Below, piece after piece: positions 60,282 through 64,000 of a stretch of DNA of 64,000 bases. The stretch's first letter is position 1. Each line of letters opens with the position of its first letter. Origin of the DNA: Fervidobacterium sp. (GTDB taxonomy: Bacteria > Thermotogota > Thermotogae > Thermotogales > Fervidobacteriaceae); contig JBMFNR010000002.1 in NCBI GenBank assembly GCA_049970055.1, forward strand, positions 564,406 to 628,405, in the 5' to 3' direction. Under the pieces are notes generated by a model. It worked only from the letters and a program-made list of their open reading frames with translations, had not been told where the DNA came from and did not search any database. A program made the position numbers and the translations under genes.

Positions 60282-61030
60282 TTAATGTATTCCTCGAATT
60301 CTACTGAGAGTGTTTTTGATAGTATGGGAGTTAGAGTCTTTGAACCAATCTGATTCACTGGAACTATTCCTCTGCTGGTGTGTGTTAAGAATAACTCGTC
60401 ACTTTCAAAAAGTTCGTACGGCTCAACTATGCGTTCTTCGACTAGATAGCCTTTTTCTTTTAGGAATTTAATTACGTACATTCTTGTTATTCCATCCAAT
60501 ATTCCAGAATCAAGAGATGGAGTTACGATTGTACTTCCTTTTACTATAAAAACATTGCTAAACGTTCCTTCGCATACTTGTCCCTTGCCGCCAAGCATTA
60601 TTACATCGTAGTTATCTGCCTTTGTAAGTCTTGCTAAATATATGTCAGGTCTACCAATAGATTTCAGATCAGGTGGTATACTCCATGGATCCGCTCTACG
60701 AATCTTTGTAAAGTCTATTCTAACGAAATCAACATTCATTTCCTTTGTATCTTCAGCCAATACATAGTTTATTAATTTTTCAGAGCAGGCAAACACTATC
60801 CTAATTCTTTCAGACAAATTATTGTATACAAGTTTTTCGAATTCTTCAAACGTGGGTGGTTCGATACGAAGGTAAGAAAGTGATTTGCACAACCTCTTAT
60901 AATGCTCGCTTACAGCAAATGGTTTACCATCGTAAGTTCTCAATGTTTCGTAAACAGCAATTCCTCTTGTTAGCGATTCAATTATATCAATCGTTTGATA
61001 CTCGCTTTTCAACAACTTTTGACACCACAC
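60269..61030 (-). CDS. Aminotransferase class IV (IlvE/PabC/D-Ala aminotransferase family)
   Basis: G..VYETLR, HYKRL, LKS, EGTFSNVF, ILDGITR, DELFLT; start uncertain. Confidence 0.9.
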   Translation of the reverse strand: MWCQKLLKSEYQTIDIIESLTRGIAVYETLRTYDGKPFAVSEHYKRLCKSLSYLRIEPPTFEEFEKLVYNNLSERIRIVFACSEKLINYVLAEDTKEMNVDFVRIDFTKIRRADPWSIPPDLKSIGRPDIYLARLTKADNYDVIMLGGKGQVCEGTFSNVFIVKGSTIVTPSLDSGILDGITRMYVIKFLKEKGYLVEERIVEPYELFESDELFLTHTSRGIVPVNQIGSKTLTPILSKTLSVEFEEYIKCIL

Positions 61031-62300
61031 CTTCTGAGGTTACCGAACATGCGGTAACTTTTACAAAATCGCCTATGATACCACCGTTCGTTTCGTGTTG
61101 CACGTAATACTCATCGTATCCAACGTAAATTCCATTGACCGTACCTTCGACCAGAACCGTTGTTATATTTCCTACTAATTTCCTTCGATATTCACTTGCA
61201 ATCTTTTCAGAATGCTTTATAAGAATTTCAACTCTTTCTTTCTTTATATTACCTGGAATCTTATTTTCCATCTGTGCTGCCCTTGTTCCAGGTCTTTCAG
61301 AATATCTGAAAGCGTGAACTTTGCTGAAAAGGACATTGCCTACTGTATCAAGTGTTTCTTCGAATTCATCGTCACTTTCGCCGGGGAAACCAACCATAAT
61401 ATCTGTTGTTATTGAAAATAACGGATCGATTGCTCTCAATTTTCCTACTAAATCAAGTATATAATCAACTGTGTAATTTCTTCCCATCCTTTTGAGAACC
61501 GTTGTACTACCGCTTTGAATGGGAATATGCAAGTGATTACATATCTTATCACTTTCAGTGATAACGTGTATGAGTTCGTCAGTTAAATCGTCTGGGTTTA
61601 TGGAGCTAAGCCTTATTCTGAAATCACCTTTAATTTTGGAAAGTTCATTGAGTAGTTCTGATAAATTTGTTCCCGTATCGCTACCGTATTTACCAAGGTT
61701 CAACCCTGTGATCACAACTTCCTTGTGTTTTTTATTGATGAGCTGCTCTACTTCTTTGATGACTACTTCTATAGGCTTACTCCTAATTTTTGTGCCTCTC
61801 AAGCTTCTTATAACACAGTAAGTACATCCGTTATTACATCCATCTTCAACTTTTACAAACGCCCTTGATCGTTCGGCAACGGAGTCATTAACTATCTCGT
61901 ATGAAATATCATCTTCTTCCCAGTAACTCGTACTTGAGTAAATACCATTTTCCATTAGAAAGTTAACTATATTCTTTTTTTCCGCATTACCAAGTACTAA
62001 GTCCACGCCAAGAATTTTGTATTCCGAATCATCTCTAGGAATTTGCGTATAACAGCCAGCAAGAATTATTTTCGAAGTTGGGTTATTTTTTCTTAAATGC
62101 CTAACAGTTTGTCTAACTTTCCTTTCGGCTTCACCCGTAACTGCACAGCTGTTGATCACGAAGATATCCACATCTCTATCTGATTCAGGAATCACTATAA
62201 AGTCCGCATTTTCAAGCATTTCAATCATCAATTCACTTTCGTATTGATTCATCTTGCAACCTTGTGTTATAACGGAAACCCTTATTTTCGCACCTCTCAT
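60987..62300 (-). CDS. mtaB: tRNA t6A37 methylthiotransferase MtaB
   Basis: TQGCKMNQYE, NSCAVT, KVEDGCNNGCTYC, RIRLSSI, YSERPGT. Confidence 0.9.
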   Translation of the reverse strand: MRGAKIRVSVITQGCKMNQYESELMIEMLENADFIVIPESDRDVDIFVINSCAVTGEAERKVRQTVRHLRKNNPTSKIILAGCYTQIPRDDSEYKILGVDLVLGNAEKKNIVNFLMENGIYSSTSYWEEDDISYEIVNDSVAERSRAFVKVEDGCNNGCTYCVIRSLRGTKIRSKPIEVVIKEVEQLINKKHKEVVITGLNLGKYGSDTGTNLSELLNELSKIKGDFRIRLSSINPDDLTDELIHVITESDKICNHLHIPIQSGSTTVLKRMGRNYTVDYILDLVGKLRAIDPLFSITTDIMVGFPGESDDEFEETLDTVGNVLFSKVHAFRYSERPGTRAAQMENKIPGNIKKERVEILIKHSEKIASEYRRKLVGNITTVLVEGTVNGIYVGYDEYYVQHETNGGIIGDFVKVTACSVTSEGVVSKVVEKRVSND

Positions 62301-62304
62301 AAAA

Positions 62305-62772
62305 TTATTCCTTCACCACCGACAGCTTTTGTATGGCATCCTTTAATACGCTGATCCTTGTTACAACACCCAAAAGTATATTATTCTCATCTACAACGGG
62401 AATTATCTTAAAGTTTTTCCTCATGAATAAATCGACTACGTACAAGATCGAATCACTTGGCTTCACGGTAATAACTGGTTTAGTAGCATACTTACCAATA
62501 TGATCTTTCGATATCTTTTTCAGGTTAGTCAATACTAAATTAGTATCGGGCAAGAAAGCAGCAGTTTGAAGCATATTAAAATAACTTGGCAAGCAAGCCC
62601 GAATTATATCTTCTTCGCTTATAAAACCAACGATCTTCAGATCAGTATCTACAACTGGAATCCCAGATAAGCTTGACTTTTCGAGTATATCAATGACTTG
62701 CTCAACAGTCTCATTTTCGAAAACAAATGTCAGATCGTAAGTCATTACGTCGCTAACTTTGAGATTTTCCAT
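62305..62772 (-). CDS. CBS-pair domain protein
   Basis: KVSDVMT, SGIPVVD, GFISEEDI, IPVVDE..LLGVVTR. Confidence 0.9.
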   Translation of the reverse strand: MENLKVSDVMTYDLTFVFENETVEQVIDILEKSSLSGIPVVDTDLKIVGFISEEDIIRACLPSYFNMLQTAAFLPDTNLVLTNLKKISKDHIGKYATKPVITVKPSDSILYVVDLFMRKNFKIIPVVDENNILLGVVTRISVLKDAIQKLSVVKE

Positions 62773-62773
62773 A

Positions 62774-63730
62774 TTACTCCACCCTTTCACTACTGATCAA
62801 ATCGAGAAATTTCTCTATCTCTTCACTTGAAGGTGGTTCTTTACCCATGTGAGATGTTTTTGCAACAGCGGCAGCGTAACCGTACTTTGCCATATCGATA
62901 CAGCATTTGTTCTCTAAATGTGCTAAAACTATACCAGCAACAAAAGTATCGCCAGAACCTAGCAGATAAGAGTGATCTATATCTAAATTAGGCGAAAATT
63001 TCCACACACCGTCGACTGTTGCAACAAAGTCAAAGATTGTCTTGTAAGACAGTATCACAAGCTTTGCACCGAGTTTCACAAATTCCTTAGCCGCTTGTAT
63101 ATACTCTTTTTCAGTGTTAAGAATACTACCAAGTATTTTTTCGCTTCTTCGCATATCGTACTTGATAACATCGGGGAACGTCACTTTTATCGATTCTGTG
63201 ATAATTTCATCCCGTGCTTCCCAAATTACGTATTTGTTGTGTTTCTTTGCTATTTTTGTTAGTTCTCCGTATATGCTGTTTGGCACGCCACACGGAATGC
63301 TCCCAGAAATAACAACGGTCCGTACTTGTTGTACTAGTACTTCGTACCTTTTTAAAAATGAATCTATGACCTCAAAGTCGACACAAGGACCTTCAGAGTT
63401 GATTTCTGTCAATGTGTGATTCACAGTATCAGCAATTGCTATATTTTCCCTTGTCTCATCGGCGATTCTCACAAAGCTCGTAGATATCATAGGACCAACT
63501 TTTCTTAACTCTGAAAGTAGAACATTTCCAACGTACCCTCCAATGAATCCGGTAACAATCGATGAAATATTGTATCTTGAGAGTATAACAGCAACGTTAA
63601 CTCCTTTACCGCCAGGTGTCATCTTATTTTTCTCATTTGGTACAATGTTAAGCTTATTGATTGTAAAATTGTCAATCACAAATTCTCTGTCTAAAGCTGG
63701 ATTTAAGCATACTGCGAGTACGTCCTTCAT
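62774..63730 (-). CDS. 1-phosphofructokinase family (PfkB) hexose kinase
   Basis: LNPALD, GGKGVNVA, ETREN, SGSIP, GSGDTFVAG. Confidence 0.88.
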   Translation of the reverse strand: MKDVLAVCLNPALDREFVIDNFTINKLNIVPNEKNKMTPGGKGVNVAVILSRYNISSIVTGFIGGYVGNVLLSELRKVGPMISTSFVRIADETRENIAIADTVNHTLTEINSEGPCVDFEVIDSFLKRYEVLVQQVRTVVISGSIPCGVPNSIYGELTKIAKKHNKYVIWEARDEIITESIKVTFPDVIKYDMRRSEKILGSILNTEKEYIQAAKEFVKLGAKLVILSYKTIFDFVATVDGVWKFSPNLDIDHSYLLGSGDTFVAGIVLAHLENKCCIDMAKYGYAAAVAKTSHMGKEPPSSEEIEKFLDLISSERVE

Positions 63731-64000
63731 TGGTTACCCCCCAATATATATTCTTCAGGCTTGCCCCAATAAGTCAATCTACCGTTTTTCATAACAATCA
63801 ACACATCTCCCAAACTTACGAACCTTTTAAGTGTCCTTGTTGCAAGAATTATTATCTTTTCCTGCGAAAGTTTCTCCAGCATCTGAGTTGCCGATTCAAC
63901 ATGTTCATCATCCAAATGATCGAGTAGGCAATCAAAAACAAGGACAGATGATTTCCTTAGCGACGAAACAAACAACAAAAGTCCAATTTTCTCAAGTGCG
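63727..64000 (-). CDS. C-terminal part of a degenerate ABC ATPase-like protein (5' end outside window)
   Basis: Frame open to the window edge; VLVFDCLLDHLD (Walker B/D-loop-like), DVLIVMKNGRLTYWGKPEE (ABC C-terminus). Confidence 0.6.
   Translation of the reverse strand, partial: ALEKIGLLLFVSSLRKSSVLVFDCLLDHLDDEHVESATQMLEKLSQEKIIILATRTLKRFVSLGDVLIVMKNGRLTYWGKPEEYILGGNQ

Noticed and set aside
1..64000. CRISPR arrays, cas, defence, phage or transposase genes
   Set aside because: No regularly spaced repeats and no ORF with such motifs were seen

Overview
AT-rich bacterial chromosome segment, very likely from a thermophile of the phylum Thermotogota (Fervidobacterium/Thermosipho-like; inferred from gene content, the large Alu-type SRP RNA and GC-rich structural RNAs). 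It is densely packed with housekeeping genes: pyrR, tgt, fmt, lgt, mreB/mbl-flgF-flgG, plsY, plsC, pheT, nfo, thiN-dxr-rseP-ispG-surE-def, pgm, fliR-flhB, gyrB and mtaB. RNA genes are SRP RNA and RNase P RNA (convergent), tRNA-Leu(TAA) and initiator tRNA-fMet. No CRISPR array, transposase, integrase or prophage is visible. The most interesting parts are: (1) a highly diverged Wsp-like chemosensory operon (CheR-TPR, CheW-like, CheA-REC, REC-less CheB, REC with a dead GGDEF, MCP with a non-canonical tip), followed on the same strand by a wHTH-Rossmann regulator, an uncharacterised ~440-aa protein and lgt; (2) a diguanylate cyclase carrying a free-methionine-R-sulfoxide-reductase-like GAF domain; (3) a LipS2-like radical SAM protein; (4) a membrane-anchored pseudo-lipase in a plsY/plsC cluster; (5) a GH161-like glucan phosphorylase near phosphoglucomutase. 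All family calls come from recognising motifs by eye; no database search was run.
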